Part shown: positions 15,356 to 32,020 of the stretch, one piece after another
Layout of the letters: each line of letters begins with the position of its first letter
Position numbering within the stretch: position 1 is the first letter of the stretch
Assembly: GCF_009914755.1 (NCBI RefSeq)
Contig: NC_060941.1
DNA length: 64,000 nucleotides
Source: the human T2T-CHM13v2.0 reference genome, Homo sapiens
Reading direction: 5' to 3' (one strand)
Notes under the pieces: model-generated
Told to the model about the DNA's origin: nothing
Database searches by the model: none
Seen by the model: only the letters and a program-made list of their open reading frames with translations
Translations under genes and position numbers: made by a program

Positions 15356-15530
15356 AGGTGATATCTATCCTTGCAGATCCCTAAAAAAAGAGTTCCTGGG
15401 AGTTGATGGATCTTTAATACCTGCTTGAGGGACAAACCAGATACTCTTTTGAGAGCCCATCTAATTCTGGGATTCTACCCTCAAGTGGGTCGAGGGGCTC
15501 AGAGTTTGCAAAGCTAGAGAGCATCAGGAC

Positions 15531-15711
15531 CAGGGACAGATCCAGGTTTTGTGAAACCTGAAGCTTATACAATTTTCGGTGCTTTGTATAAGAAAAATAA
15601 TGCAAAATTATGGATGTCAAATTAGATACGGGGCCTAGGAAGGGGCTCGTAAACTCTGCAGTAGTGGGCCTTAAGCATAAGCTTATTAGCCTCCCAATAA
15701 AGCCTCCTCTG
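15531..15711. mobile_element. hAT MITE (Arthur1/MER69A-like)
   Basis: cagggacagatccaggttttgtg...gcctcctctg; degenerate 8-bp TSD atcaggac/tctaggac. Confidence 0.7.
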
Positions 15712-17214
15712 TCTAGGACAGAACCATATTCCTTTGGAGCCAGTAGATGTCAATGTGTTTTCCCCCAACAGACTTGGTCTTCCAGATTCTACATCTCCCT
15801 CATGATTTCCCCCACCCCCCAAATTTCTAACTCAGCAAAAGCTTATTGAATGCCCACTGTGTGCAAGGCATTGGGTTGGGCCACTTCATTACTTGCCTCT
15901 GTGGCAGGACTGAGATTATCACCCACCCAGGGAGAAGCACATCTGACTCAAGATGCCCCTGAGTCTGTGCAGGTACCATCAAGGCAGAGGAAGAGTAGGA
16001 TGGGCACAGAAAACCAGATGGGAAGCAGGGCCACATCTGATCTAAGGACACAGGTGGTCTCCTGAGGACATCAGGCCCCTGTGCTCAGAGGAGAAATCCA
16101 TGCTGCCCTCTGTCTCACTTCTAAAAGGAATTGTTGCCGCAGAAACTGCACAGAGACCTCAGAAACCTGAGTTGGAGTGGAAGGCTCAGCTGTTTTCCTG
16201 CTGCCCCTTTGTCAGACACATCACCCCTCTTGTGGGACTGGAGTCAAATGTCATCACTCAGAGTCAGCAGCCCTGCACTTGGTCTGGAGCCCCGCTGCCA
16301 GCCCTGTCCCCACAGTTGTCCCCGGCCCTGTCTGGGCCTTTTTGAGCTGATTGAACTACAGCATCTAGAAAACTCCAGGCCAATTCTAGGTTCTGTCTAC
16401 AATCTCTGAGTGTTTTCTTTTCTCTTGGAATGTTTAACCAGCAGAAAAGCACACGCCAGCAGTGGTTTCTGAGGCCCTCTTCACCTTGCCAGATGACCAG
16501 GCCTTGCCAGGGACCCACTGGGTCTCTGTCATCTCCCCGAGCCTTTTTCCTCATCTGTAAAACTGAGACGAGAACCCCTATGAAGGGCTAGTTTTATGAC
16601 TGTGGTCAAGGTCAACCTGGGTCTGGGTGTGGGAAGGGGTTACTGATATCTCACAGTCTATCTTCTGGTCTAGCTGCACAGGTGATAGCCACAGGTCCCC
16701 ACCAGTTAGATGTAGTGTTGGAGATAATCAGGCAGGTCAGGGCCCTCGGATGCCCCAAATTTGCTTTATGGTTTATGACATTCTCCCTTGGTTTGTACTG
16801 ACAATGCTGGCTGGGAAGGAATAAAAACAGCCAAACTTCTTAAGGTGATTTGCCAGAGAATTTTTATTTGGATACACACTGTACTGAACACAGACCTGAA
16901 AATGCATTTTAAAAGGCTTTCTAATGAAGCGAATACAAAACAACTCACACATTAGACAAACCTCTGTGGTATAGCCATACTGGGGAGAGCAGAGGCTTTC
17001 TCAGAGAAGGTGGGCCAAGGAAGAGGTGGGGGAGATGTGAGGATGGCCCAAGAAGGTTTAGGGAGGGATGGTTTGGGCTCCCCTCTGAAGTTCACTGTGA
17101 CCCACCCAGAGAGCTCAGTGCCCTATCTCTGTTATTTATACTAGTTGCTTCCCAAGCTTCCTGGGCTTTTCTCTAATTTGGGGTGCAATTTAGAGGCCCC
17201 ACTGATGAACTTTA

Positions 17215-17573
<359 letters not shown>

Positions 17574-18102
17574 TTATGTGGCCGGGTTTAGAATTCTTTT
17601 CTGGGAAGGGGGCCTGAGCTTTTACCTGCTCTCCAGTGGGTTCAGCACCCACCATGGAAACCATCATGGTAGACCATGCTAAGGCAGGAAAAGGTGGGCC
17701 AGCACATGATTCCAGCAGGGCCACTGCAAGAGTGGGGAATGCAGACCACCTCCAGTTTCGGGGTGGGCTGGGTACCCAAAGGAAGATGGAGACTCAAGCC
17801 CCAGGATGTCGTTTCCCTCACAAGGTCCATCCCCATGCTACCTGGACAGTAGTCAAGACCCTTCTACGGATGATCCCATTCAAAGCACCTGTTTGGCACC
17901 CCTGATGAACCTGGCACTTGTGGGGAACATGAGGAAGGTCAGACATGACCCTTGTCAGCCTGTATGGCGCTCCTAGTCTAGGGGGCTGGGGAAACAGGCA
18001 CCCAGAGAAATTACAGGGTGCTGTGGAGTGTGCTACACATGAAGGTAAAATAACCGGGCAGCACGGAGGGAAAAGTTAGCTCAGCTCATTCGGGAAGCTG
18101 GA

Positions 18103-18164
18103 AGCCACCCATGGACCTTAGAGTGAAACACCAGCCACCCATGGGCCTTAGCATGAAACACCAG
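18103..18164. repeat. 30-bp tandem duplication
   Basis: agccacccatggaccttagagtgaaacacc / agccacccatgggccttagcatgaaacacc. Confidence 0.9.
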
Positions 18165-18834
18165 GCTGTGTGACTTCTGAGGACCTCAGTTTCCTTATTA
18201 GTACCATATGGCAGTAACTATTTATGGAGTTGGGAGAGTCACATGAAGTCATGTCCACACAGTGCATCCATGGATTGGACCTTCAAGCGGAATTTGCCTT
18301 GTGGAAAGATCTAGAAGGACACCAAAAGCAGCAAGGGCAACATGGATAGAGGCATGGCTCGGCAGGGCACTTTGTGCCGACTCAGCGATGGGTCCATGCT
18401 GTGACTTGGAGAGACTCACTTTTGATGGTCCAGCAGCGTTCAGGTTCAATGACTCAGTAATTCTTGATTCAATGATGTGGTCATTTGAAGATTTGTGGGT
18501 ACCGGCGATTAAGTAAGCAGAGTGTTTATAAATCTAGGCTGCTGATAATCATAATAATAATCGCTGCTAAAAAATGATTGAGAGCTTACTATGTGCCAGG
18601 CTGCGCACAGCATTTATGGATTAACTCACGGAATCATTAGGTCACGCTAATGGAAGGGACTTGGGTAATCCCTTTGCCAAGGAGCCACCTGTCACCTTTA
18701 GTTTCAGTTTATTCCTCCCCCTCCCATTCTTACTCAGGCCTCCCCACCCTTACCTCCCCATAAGTCATGACCCTCTCCTAAAAGTCCTAGAAGTTCAGAG
18801 CCAGAAGGGACTTGGAAGATCCCTAGTCCAGTTC

Positions 18835-19221
<387 letters not shown>

Positions 19222-20025
19222 TGAGCACCTGTGTAGGTGCTTGGTGAATCCAGCCAGGAGGCCTGATTATCCTTCATTGACTATCCATGTGATCTTGGGT
19301 GAGGTTCAGAGTAACAGTCAAGCCAGTGCTCAGCTGGGTGTGTCCACACCTCCCTGGTACTCACATGCACTCCGCTCTTCTTCTGGCTGTCAAGTCCCTA
19401 GATGACCCAGGCCACCTCGTTTTCCCTCAGGTCAAGCAGCTGAGGTGGGGGTTCAGGCCTCTCCAGGGCTGTAGCTCAGGCCTCAGGAGGTGCAGGAGAC
19501 ACCTGGGAGGTTCAGAGAGGCACAGTAACTTTAGATGTGTGCAGGTGGCCAGAAATAGCCACTGAGCAGTGCTATGGCCCTGCCCAGGCCAGTACCGTGG
19601 CCAGCCTGGGAAGCTAAATCTTCAAGACTAGCTTAGTTAGGATTGCAGTCTGGTTTCCCCAAATCCTTCAAACCCAGAGCCATCCCAGGCTGGAGTGCAG
19701 TAGCATAATCATAGTAGCCTGAGCTGTCTTCCTCTGTCTAATCCCTTGACTGTATTCCAATGTCTTCAACCCTGAGATAGACTTACTGATACCCCTGAAC
19801 TTGTACCTTCTCCCCTTCTCTGTCCCTCACGCCTGCCTGGCCCCATCACGGTCCTTTGCCCTTCCCAGTTGAGCCTCAGCTCTTGCCTGGCTTCACAGGG
19901 GTCTCCTCCCTGACGCCTGTTCTCACTTCACAGCCACCTGTAAGTCGACCCTGCCTTAATCTTCCACCAGCAGAATTTGTGTGGGAAAATAGACATAACA
20001 TAAAATTTACCATTTACCTTTTTAA

Positions 20026-20344
<319 letters not shown>

Positions 20345-20809
20345 CATTTTAATCATTTTTAAGGGGATAATTTAGGGGCATCAATCACATTCAGGATGTT
20401 GTACAATCATCACCACTATCTATTTCTAAAACTTTTTCATTGCCCCAAACAGAAACTCTGAACCAATTAAGCAACATCTCCACATCCCCCACACCACCCA
20501 ACCCCTAGTAACCTCTAATCAATGTTTCTGTCCTGCTAATTTGCCTATTCTAGGTACCTCATATAAGTGAAATATTTGTCCCTCTATATTTGGCTTCTTT
20601 CACTTAGCACAATGTCAAGGTTCATCCATGTTGTAGCATGTGTCAGAACATCATTCCTTTTTATGGCTGAATAATATTCCATTGTCTATATACACTTTGT
20701 TTATCCATTCATTTACTGATAACACTGGGTAGTTTCCATCTTTTGACTATCATGAATAATGCTGCTGTGAATATTTGTGTACAAGTATCTTGTTTGAGTT
20801 CCTGCTTTC

Positions 20810-21160
<351 letters not shown>

Positions 21161-21328
21161 TAGGAGTGGAATGGCTGGATCAAATGATAATTCTATGTTT
21201 AGCTTTTTAAGGAACCACCAAACTGCTTTCCCCAGTGAGAGCACCATTTTACATTCTCACCAGCAACATGTATGGGTTCTGATTTCTCCATCCTGAACAA
21301 CTCTTGTTATTTTTGAAACAGGTTTCTT

Positions 21329-21639
<311 letters not shown>

Positions 21640-21789
21640 GAAACAGGTTTCTTATTCTTTCTAGCAACAGCCCCCTCTGGGTCATCTTCAGGAGGTTTCT
21701 GTTCTCTTTAGAACTCGACCTCAAATGGTCCCATCACATCCCAAGTCTCCTTAGCCCAACTGCTGCTGCAGTAGCCCAGGAAGTGGGGT

Positions 21790-21900
21790 GCTGAGATGAA
21801 GGTCCACATCAGCAGGTCTAGGGTGGGGCCCTGGAACTGGCATTTCTAACAACTTTCCAGCAGGTGCTGATGCTGCTGGTCTGGGGATCACTGGAGAACC
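21790..21900. mobile_element. MER5A fragment
   Basis: ggtctagggtggggccc...gcatttctaacaa...gctgatgctgctggtc. Confidence 0.75.
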
Positions 21901-24759
21901 AAGGCTTGAAGGCATCACATTTTATATTTTGCTCTAGGAGGTTTCTGCTTAGTTCTTTCCCTTCCACATTTGCATAAAACAGAAGCCCCGCAACTCAAGA
22001 TCTTGTTAGGCTCCGGGGAGGAAGACAGGGAAGGGATTCCTTTCCTTCCTCAATTCCCAGACTCTCTGTCCTGCTCCGTCTGGAATATGAGTGTCCCCTG
22101 TTCTGTCTCTGCAAACAAGTCAGGGCCTTTGCTGGGGCCAACAGCGGCACAAGAATTAAAGTTCCAAGTTAGCTTTGGATCAGCTTCAATCGACTTTTCA
22201 CTCTGGAGCTGTTCTAGGTGAGGCATTGGCATTTTATTCAGTGTGTTAAATGGCTGACAGGCGTTGAGTCTGGTGAAAGATTGCCCTGAAATACCTCCCC
22301 CAAGGCCTGGTGTGGGAAAAAAACAATGAAAGCCTGGCCTCTCCTCTGGAGCAGAGAGCCTTTCATCCAGGCCCCAGAGCCGTCCACTGAAGCTCTGTCC
22401 AAGGTAGCCAGTCACAGGGTCCTCTGCTTCAGAGCTCCCAACTCTGGCTCCCTCTGACCCGCCCCTTTCTCTTTCCCCCAAACTCTAGCTTTGGAGACCT
22501 TTGCCTACTGTTGGCCTCTGGTTTTGGCAAACAGTTTCCAACATCTCAGATTTCCCCATTTTGCATACAAATCACTTCCCTTCTGTGGGCCTCAGTTTCC
22601 CCATTGTTCAAATTAAAGAAACGACGAGAGCAATGATTTTGTAACCATGTTCCACAGAGCTCGAGGATTCGCTGAAGGCCAAGGTATACCCCGAGTTCGC
22701 CACCTCTGCTTTATTAGAGTGGCCTCGTTTGTATTTGATATCTGAAAGTTCTATGTAAACATCTCATTTGGAAGACAAAGTTCTGCTGGGAAAAAGTAGT
22801 TTGAAAATCAACAGCCGAGATGATCTTGAACATTTTCCCCTCTGGTTTCATCTTCTATATTCTATAGTTCTTTGACCATTACATCTTTTCCAAGTCCCAG
22901 CCTGCATGTGACACCAGTCTTGAATTTTCCTTGAGCTTCTGGAACTCAATGCTCAGGAACACGTGTTTCTTCCATGACAGGGATAGGGCAGTGGCCGGCT
23001 GGCTGAGTGGTGACTGCTGCAGCCCTCTGGCCAGTCTAGGAGGGCATGGCACCTCAAGCAAGGTGGAGTGGGGCTGAGTAGGGGAAGGAGGTTGCAGTGG
23101 TCACTACGAGCCTTCCCGGGTGTGTTTGTGTGTGTGTTTTCCACTTGGAAGACGCCACTCGCGAAGGAGTAGGAACCCGTTTCACAGTTCCCGTGACAGT
23201 CCTGTGTGAAACACCAGTGAACTCCCAGGCCCAGTGGAGGGTGAGAAGGGAGGTCAAGTGGGAGCCACCCACAAGGATGTTTTCTGGCTATCAAATTGGC
23301 CTCATGGGCCTGAAGTTGACACGCATCAGCACGATGAATGAGCCTGTAATACCTGATCATCAGGACAGAAGCAAGCGTACCTGGGATGCTTCTCTGGGAG
23401 CCAGAAGGGTGGTAGGAAGAGGGTAAAATATGCTGAGTTGAAAGAGCTGAGGCTGTTTCTTCTGGAGAAGAGCAGGCAGAAGGCTAGGGTGGGTAGATGG
23501 GGGACTATCTATTTATCAGGCTCAGGTACACGTATCCTTATTGCAGGAAATGTGATGTACAGGCTTCTGGATTTATGGTGAGGGAGAGGCAGGACTCTAA
23601 ATCATTTTGCAGACCCTGAAGCCCTGACTGGAGGCTTCTCAGGCTGGAATACATTACGTGGTGGGAGCTCCTCCAGTGATGCACCATCAATTGTGGCACC
23701 GTGGCTACTCCAGAGGCACTGGAAATATTCAAAGGGAGGAAGGAAGATGGGAACTGTGCAATGGCATTGTATGTGTAAAGGGAGTGCCCAGGCGCCTGGG
23801 GTGAGGGTGAAGCTCCCACTGGAGTTCCCATAGTTCTAGCTGTGCTCTGGCACTTAGCTCTGTAAATCTGCCCAAAGACCCTGACAATGGAGTAGAAAGG
23901 GCTTTGCAGTCAGACGAATTTGGGCTTGAATCCTAGCTCTACCGATTGGCAGCTAGATGACCTTGAGCAACTTATTTGAAAACTCCTAAATCTGTTTCCT
24001 TAGCTGTAAAGTAGGAATAATACCCAAGGATGTCACTGTTTGTTTTTCATCCACAAGCCAATCTCCCTTTCTCCTTTGATTTTGTTTAGATGAAACATTA
24101 GGGAAGAAGGGCCTCTCCTGCAGCTTCAGCAAGATAAACTGCAATTGGTCGGATCTAAGCATAATCATGTCATTTTCTTTTAGCTATTGATTGGTTTAGG
24201 AGAGGGCATGTGACCTAATTTTAACCAATGAGATTTTTCTTTCTGATTATGTCAAAGAGTCCTACTGTCATCTTCCTACCATAATGTGGTTGGGTGAGGA
24301 TGTGATGCTTGGAGCTGTGGCAGCCATTCTGCAACCATGAGGTGATAAGCCTAAGAAAGAAAAGAAAACACAGCAAGGATGGTGATGCAGAAAAATAGAA
24401 AGAAGCTGGGTCCTTGAGCATTTTGCTGAGCTGTGGAACTGTAATAGGTTCATTGCTCAATGTGCGAGGCAAGTCAATATGCTGAGACACTAGGTTGCAG
24501 CAGAGAAAGAAGTTTAATCATAGGGTTGCTGGATGAAGAGAAGGGAAGGAACTTCAAATTTATCTCCCTGAGGAGTTTGGGGCTAGGGTTTTTAAAGGAT
24601 TTTGGAGTGGGCCAAACTGTGGAGATCATTGATTGGCTGAAGAGTACAGGGTGAAGTCATGGGACAGGGAGATGAAGAAGCTGAATTCTCTTACTGATCC
24701 CATTCCTCTGTGAAAAACATCCGAAGTGATCCTTAAACAAAAGCCTTATGATTTTTTTT

Positions 24760-25495
<736 letters not shown>

Positions 25496-26758
25496 TCAGA
25501 GACCCTGTCTGTAGGAGCAATGGGGATGCAAACAGTCAGGATCTAGCACTACCCGACCTTTAGCAACAAGGAAATGGGCCAAAGTGCAGCCTGATTAGTG
25601 CTGAATTCTAACTATATTTCTGTCCAGAACCTGGCATGCAACCCTTGTCAACCCTCTGGGGGCAGTGTCAGTTGCTGCATGGACTCTGGGATTGTGTGTG
25701 TCTCCAGACTTCTTATCTGAGAGTGAAGAATCTTTATTCCATATGACATTGGCAATTGGGTATTCCATTACCTGCACCTAAAGCATTCCTCCCTGTAGTA
25801 CAGCAATCTCACAGGGTTGTTGTGAGCATTAAATAAGATAACAAATATGCAAAAATTCCAAGCCTAGAACTTGGTTTAGTGTAGGTGTTCAATACATGCT
25901 AATTTCTTCCCTCTCCTCTATTTTAATCTCTTAACTTTAGATTTTTTTTCTACTCTACCAATCTCACAAGATTGTGCTAAAAAACAAATGAGATCATTGT
26001 TATTTATTGCCACAATAATGCTGTATAACAAATAGCCACAAAACCTGAGTGGCATACCACAATAAACATTTCTTTAGCCCACAAACGGGAGACACTGTTA
26101 ACTTGGGTAACAAAGGGGCGGATGCACAGGCCTGTGAATCTACTAAAAGCCATTGAATTAAATGGGTGAATTTTATGGTATGTGAATTACATCTCAACAA
26201 AGCAGCTAAAAAGAAAAAAGGAGGATGATTGCAGAGTAGGGAGAGGAGGGAAGAATTACTAGGTGGTGGTGATACCATCCATTTCCTATAAGGCTGCTGG
26301 GGCCCCACCATGCAGGACCATTCACAACCCTGCTTGTTAAGGTTTTCTCTGCCATCCTTGAAAATAATCACTGGTTGCATAACGGACGCTGTGGGGAAAG
26401 ATTCTGCTGACAGCAATTCACTCTGTGGCTGACTTTGCTGGAGCACAAGCCCCCCTATCCCACAGGCCCAGACAGGAGCTGGGATCTCAGTGCATACAAG
26501 GAAGTAGAGGCACCAGATGAGAGATGGGAGCATCATCCCAGGGCTGCCTCCTTGGCCAGAAGGTGGCATTAAGGGCTTCTGTCCTGCTGTGTATTTGGAG
26601 AGGCAGAGGCATGTGGGAAAGGGAGAAAACGTTAGCGTGTAACAGCGACGAAGGGGCTGGAGCATGGGACCTACAGGGAAGGATGAAATGAACCGGGGTT
26701 ATGAGCTAGAGAAGAGCAGCAGGAGGGGCAGCTTCACAACTATCTTCAGGAAACAGTT

Positions 26759-26806
26759 GGGTTATTAACCCCTGCAAGGGGTTATTAACCCCTGTATTAA
26801 CCCCTG
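26759..26806. repeat. Three copies of tattaacccctg with an internal palindrome
   Basis: ggggttaTtaacccc at 26778-26792. Confidence 0.85.
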
Positions 26807-26969
26807 CGAGGGGGCCATGACAGGCTGCTCTCCAGTCTCTTTGAACTTGAGTCTGTAGGAAGCAAAGTTGCTTTCACAGGAAACTGGCAACTGCCTGCAG
26901 CATCTGAGCAAGTGCATAGGTCCCTGGTCCATGTGGACATGAGGTTCCCCCTTCCTGTGGAACATTCCC

Positions 26970-27055
26970 ACCCCCACTGAAAAGCAGCCACAGACAGCAT
27001 GTAAATGAATGGGCACGGCTGTGTTCTAATAACACTTTATTTATAAAAACAGGCC
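26970..27055. mobile_element. MER58A fragment
   Basis: gcagccacagacagcatgtaaatgaatgggcacggctgtgttctaata. Confidence 0.8.
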
Positions 27056-27106
27056 CAGTGAGTGTAGACTCCTGGAGAAAGACAGAACTGGGAGGGCCTC
27101 AGAGAC

Positions 27107-27287
27107 CAGTGATTTCTAGTCCTGCCCGCATAGTAAAGTCACCTGAGAAACTTTCAAACACTACTCATATCTGGGCCCCATGTAGAAAGTCAATTTCGTC
27201 AACTTTCTGGGGGCCAGACCTGAGCATGGGCATTTATTCAAGTTCCCCAGGTGGTTCTGACATGCAGTCTGGGGTTAAGAGCCACTG
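27107..27287. mobile_element. MER5B-like hAT MITE
   Basis: cagtgatttct...gagccactg termini. Confidence 0.75.
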
Positions 27288-27619
27288 CCCCAATCCAACT
27301 GCATCATTTTATACATCAGGAAACCGAAGCCCGGAGACAGCCAGCAGGTCTACGTTCTTACAGTCAGTCTGATTTAAGGGACTCCTCCAAAGTGGCAAAG
27401 TGCCATTTGGGTCAGATCTCTGACCTGAGCTGCCTCTCGGGGCTGTCATCTTTCTCTCCTCCTGACAGGTGGATTTTCCCATGTAAACTTTAGATCGGCT
27501 GATCTAGGAACTAAAATGAAAATGGGGCACCCTGAGGGCCCACTGGGGAACAGAGTTTGGGAGGGAACATGGAGGGCAGTTTTTTGTAAAGGTAGGTTTT
27601 AGAGAGAAACAACTCAATT

Positions 27620-27800
27620 TACTAGCTTTGTGTGACATGGGCAGGTTACCTAATCCAAGACTTTGTTTCTCCATTTATAGAATAGGGCTGATCATAATGT
27701 CTGCCTTGTGAGGGTGTTGTAAGGATTAGAAGGGATTATCCATGTAAAATGTTTAGCATTGTTCCTGGCACACAACCAGTGCTAATAAACAGCAGCATTT
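27620..27800 (+). mobile_element. MIR
   Basis: gtgtgacatgggcaggttacctaa...ttagcattgttcctggcaca. Confidence 0.75.
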
Positions 27801-30800
27801 ACAAGTATTTTTATTTTATCTTGGTATTAGATCCATTGCTGTGGGTGCACTTAGCAAAGTCAGAAGCAGGAATCCAGCTGGAAGGTAGAGGGCAGTCCAG
27901 GCATGGGCAATGGCCAAAGAAAGGCCATGAGGTGGGGGTGAGCAAGCTGTGATGAGACCCAGCTCTGGGGACCCATTCAAATGTCACCAAACCTGCCTGT
28001 GTCCAGACTGCCACCTGGAACCTGCTCCTCCTCTCCCCCAGCTCCTGAGCTTCTGTTCCGCTGTGGTCAGGGTCTTTACTGCACCCTGCTGGATTGGGGA
28101 AACTGCCCCTGGTGAGGGCAGGTGTGCCCTGTGTGTTGGTAGCCTCCAAGGGGCCTTGTACCTTGTGTGGCACACAATAGGCGTAGCCAGTCAGGCTGAA
28201 AAGGAAGCAGCTTCTAATAAACATTAAAATAAGAGAGGCACAGCAGGGAAAAGCCGTGGCAGGATGGCCAAGGAGCTTCTGTTTGATGCCATGGATGGGA
28301 AGCAAGAAGCTGTACTTGGCTGGAGCTCCCCACATACCCCTAAGGGATCCCGTGCTGCTCTGACCCAGGGCCATTTGCTCTGGGAAGAGAGTGCCTTGGT
28401 CCTGGGCTGGGACAGGAAGTCTTCCCTGACCATCACTGTCACATCCTTCCATGTGCTCTGCCTGTGGCAGCCCCTCCTCCAGAACTTGCAATCCACCCCG
28501 TCCTCACTACTAAGGCCGGGCCCAAGGTGTCTGAGCCCACCGCAGCCACCCTACCTGACACCTGGGCAGCCTTCCCATAGACCAGGGAGCGGGGGAGGAG
28601 GGAACAGACCAGTGGGCCTGGAAGGGGACTGGATAGTTGATTTGGGGTCCACCCAATAAGGCTCCAGGTGACTGTAACTGCATTCAGAATCCTGATGCCA
28701 CCCCACCCAGCTGTACTAACATAGCAGCTTCATGTTCACAGGTGCTTTACTATGACTTGCCTCACTCCAGCTTCTCAAGCCATGCTCTTAACCTCTGATT
28801 CCTTTCTCAGGGTTCAGAGCTCTTTTTCAGGTGGGTCACGTGGGGGAAAAGGTTGATTTTTCAGCTGGTGCTGATGTGCCCTAGCCTACCATGCCTGACT
28901 GACCCCATTGAGATAAAGGGGACAGAAGACCCCCTGTCTCCTGGCTCCCCAAGACTTGCCTGGAGATTGGGGTGTCATGGGGAATGGCACAGAGAGCACA
29001 CTAGGTGTTTTTTCTCCAGGCTTGCAAACCCAGCCTGAGGAGGCACCCCATTATCTTAGCTTCAAGGATTGTCCTTCTCCTCCAAGGACCCTCTCCCTGG
29101 GCCAGTGTCCCTTCCTCCTTAGTCCCACCAGGGTGGGGAGGCTGCAGAATCCATCTGGAGACAGAGAGCGTGGGATTGATGTGCTGTTTTTAGTTCCGTG
29201 GGAGAACTCACAACAAGGGGTTGTAATTTCTCTGCAATTTCCCTCCTTGATGAGGCATCTGTTGGCATGCTGTGAGGAAATTCTCATTGGAGCAGACAGG
29301 GCACGTCTATGGAGCCACTTGCATGGGTGTGACAAGGCCTCATCACTGTTTCTGCCTCTCAGAGGTCCTGGGCTTTGCTCTGAATCAGAGGAGCTCTGAA
29401 TCTGGGGCCCATCCTCCTTCTCTACCTCTGTCCTCCTCCTCTACCACCTTCTCTGCCTCCCTCTCTGGCTGACTCACGTGTGGCCTCCAGCTGTCTCTGC
29501 CATGGGTGGCACCTGCCTGTGCCTCGGTCACCTCTTGTTTCTTGCACTGTCCGAGCCTGATGGTCCCCTCAATGGTGACCTCTGAGCTCCAGCACATCCA
29601 CAAGCTCAGCTGATACTTTCACCCATACCATGTCCTGGAGCTCCAGGGATGAACAGGGAGCCCCCTCTCCACCCACTCACCCTCAGGTAGCTGAGTGCGT
29701 GGGTGGGAGGGAAGGCAAGACACTAACGTGAGATGCCTGTGCTTATGGTACAATGCACAGTGGAGTTTGGGAGCTCAAAGAGGGAAACCCTCATCTCTTG
29801 GAAGCACAGTGATTGGCAGAGCTGGAGGTCAGACAATTGGAGTTTTGCCCCAGGCCAGCCAAATACACAGGCTATGACATTTGGGGGAAATGATTAGATG
29901 TGTGATGGGGAATGTTACACTTACAGGATAGGACATGCTCTCCCATGCAGCAAGTACTTGGCAGGAATGGTTATTTACAATAGGAAGCTCCCAGGCAGTG
30001 CACATAATACTATCCTGCTCCTCACTGTCTCCCCAGCCACAACCAGGCACTCCCAAGCTGATGTGAGGACACCTTTATCATCCTTGTCCTGGGCATCAAG
30101 GTTGCCAGTTATAGTTCTGGTGGCTCAGGGTGCACCAGGGAGCAGGTGATGCTTTGCCTGAGTCTTGACGGGTGGGCAGGGGTTTGCCAGGCCGGTGAGG
30201 GGATGGAGTGCAGGGAGTTCCAGGTAGGAGATGGAGGTGGGCATCATATTCGGAAGAATATACATGGTTTGACCTGGCGAGGGCTTGAGGGTAAAAGGGC
30301 AGGAGATGTCCTCAAATGCTGGGTGGAGCCAAACCCTGAAGGCCTTGAATGTCACACTGAGAGGTCATGGCTTTTCACCTCCAGGCCTTTGCTCATCATA
30401 GACTGTGCCCCCTCAGGAGCAGGACAAGCAAGGTGCAAAATTTACGGAGACACTCACTCTCAGCCGCACCAGTGCACGCCGGCACCTGATAATGACTGCC
30501 TCCTTACTTTGCATCCTAGGTCCCCTTCCTAGGTCACCCTACACACAGCCCTGCTTAGGAGGGAGGTCACTTTCTATTCATCTTTGAGCGTGGGGCCTGA
30601 AACAGTGCCCAACCAGAGTAGAAGAGCAAGAAATGCATATAGAATTAATGAACAAATGAATGAACAAATGTTGTTCTCTCTGTCTGGAACATGTTTACCT
30701 TCCTCTTGGCCAGTCAAGGTGTGTCATTTTTTTTTTTTTCAGCTTACCTCTTCCCTGCAGCCCCTCCAGGCAATGCTGTCCTGAGTCCTCAGCTCTTATG

Positions 30801-30929
30801 TTGTATATATGTCCTATTTCCCAGCTGGGTGGTGTTCTTCTGTCTGGAAAAGGACATAGACACGGCAGGTGCCCTGTAACATCTGGGCATCATTGAATGT
30901 ATCCCAGGCCCTTGGGTGGGAAATAGCCA

Positions 30930-30950
30930 CTGCTGCTGCTGCTGCTGCTG
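30930..30950. repeat. (CTG)7 trinucleotide repeat
   Basis: Read directly. Confidence 0.95.
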
Positions 30951-31849
30951 TGAGTTTTGGTTTCCCTCCCTCCACTTCCTTCCCTCTCCTTCATGGGGCT
31001 AGACTCAGAGAAGGCTCCTGGAGGTGGTTGCTCCAAACTGCCCCTCCATAGATACAACGCATTTGCTCAGTTCGAGTTCCTGATTCCCCGCTTTGGATGG
31101 CTCCCAGCCAGCTGATGCTCATGCAGTCTGGAAGGCTCCAGAGGTCTTCTGATTTGCCCACACCCCCCATCCTCTGGATGGCACTCCTCATCAGGTATGA
31201 AACCCATGGGGTCTTGGCTAAAAAAACGAGGTTAAACACAACCACTCCTGGGCTGCAGAAACTCCGCGGATAATCAATGATGTTCCCCAGAAGGGGTCAA
31301 GACATTCACATTTTTTTGTCCAGTAGAGAATCTGTTTCAATCAGGAAGCTACTCTTGCTGTCCAGAAAAGTGGGTCAGTCCCCTCCCATGCTCACCTCGT
31401 GAGAACAGGGAGGACAGGCACAGGGCATCACGAGGGTAGCATAATTACAGAGTGCCCAGGTCAGGGCGCTGAGCCTGTACATCAAGAAGGAGGCCATGCC
31501 CTGGCATCCATCAGAACCTGGCATCCTGCATACTACATCTCAGAGGGCAAAAACCTCCTTGGGAATGCTGTTGCTAAAGAACCAGTGCTCAGGTGAACTT
31601 GAAGCAACTGCAGACAGAGAATGAGCAACAAAGGGCTTAGAGACAGTGCCAAACCCCAAACCTCCTGTGCAGCACAAAGACCTTGGGGCCCCCTGAGGAG
31701 GTCCAAGCTCCCCCAAATAAGGAACAAACTCCAATTCAATCAGGGAAAGAGCCGGGCATCCTCTTAGCCATTCCTGATAATAGGTTTTTTACTAGCTGTG
31801 TGCTTGTTAATTATGCCTGAGTTGCGAGAAAGTTTAAGGCATTGGTAAC

Positions 31850-32020
31850 GAGCTCTGCCATTTACTAGCTCTGTTCCCTCAGGCAAGTTATCTAGCCTTG
31901 CTGGACCTTAGTTTCTCCATCTGTAAAATGGAGATAATTCTATCTACCCTCAAAAGGTCTAATGATTCAATAAGTCCTTAGAAAGTCTGGCACATCGTGG
32001 ATACTATTAAGTATTGCCTG
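31850..32020 (+). mobile_element. MIR
   Basis: ggcaagtta...agtttctccatctgtaaaatggagataat. Confidence 0.8.

Noticed and set aside
18103-18164. Short direct repeats as a CRISPR-like array
   Set aside because: Only two adjacent copies, no spacers, eukaryotic context.
26000-26665. 221-aa minus-strand ORF
   Set aside because: Runs through L1 and MaLR-like fragments; no recognisable domain or exon structure.
27811-28491. 226-aa minus-strand ORF
   Set aside because: TTG start, no recognisable protein family; consistent with a chance open frame in GC-rich DNA.
30930-30950. (CTG)7 as an expansion-prone locus
   Set aside because: Short and common length, with no gene context.
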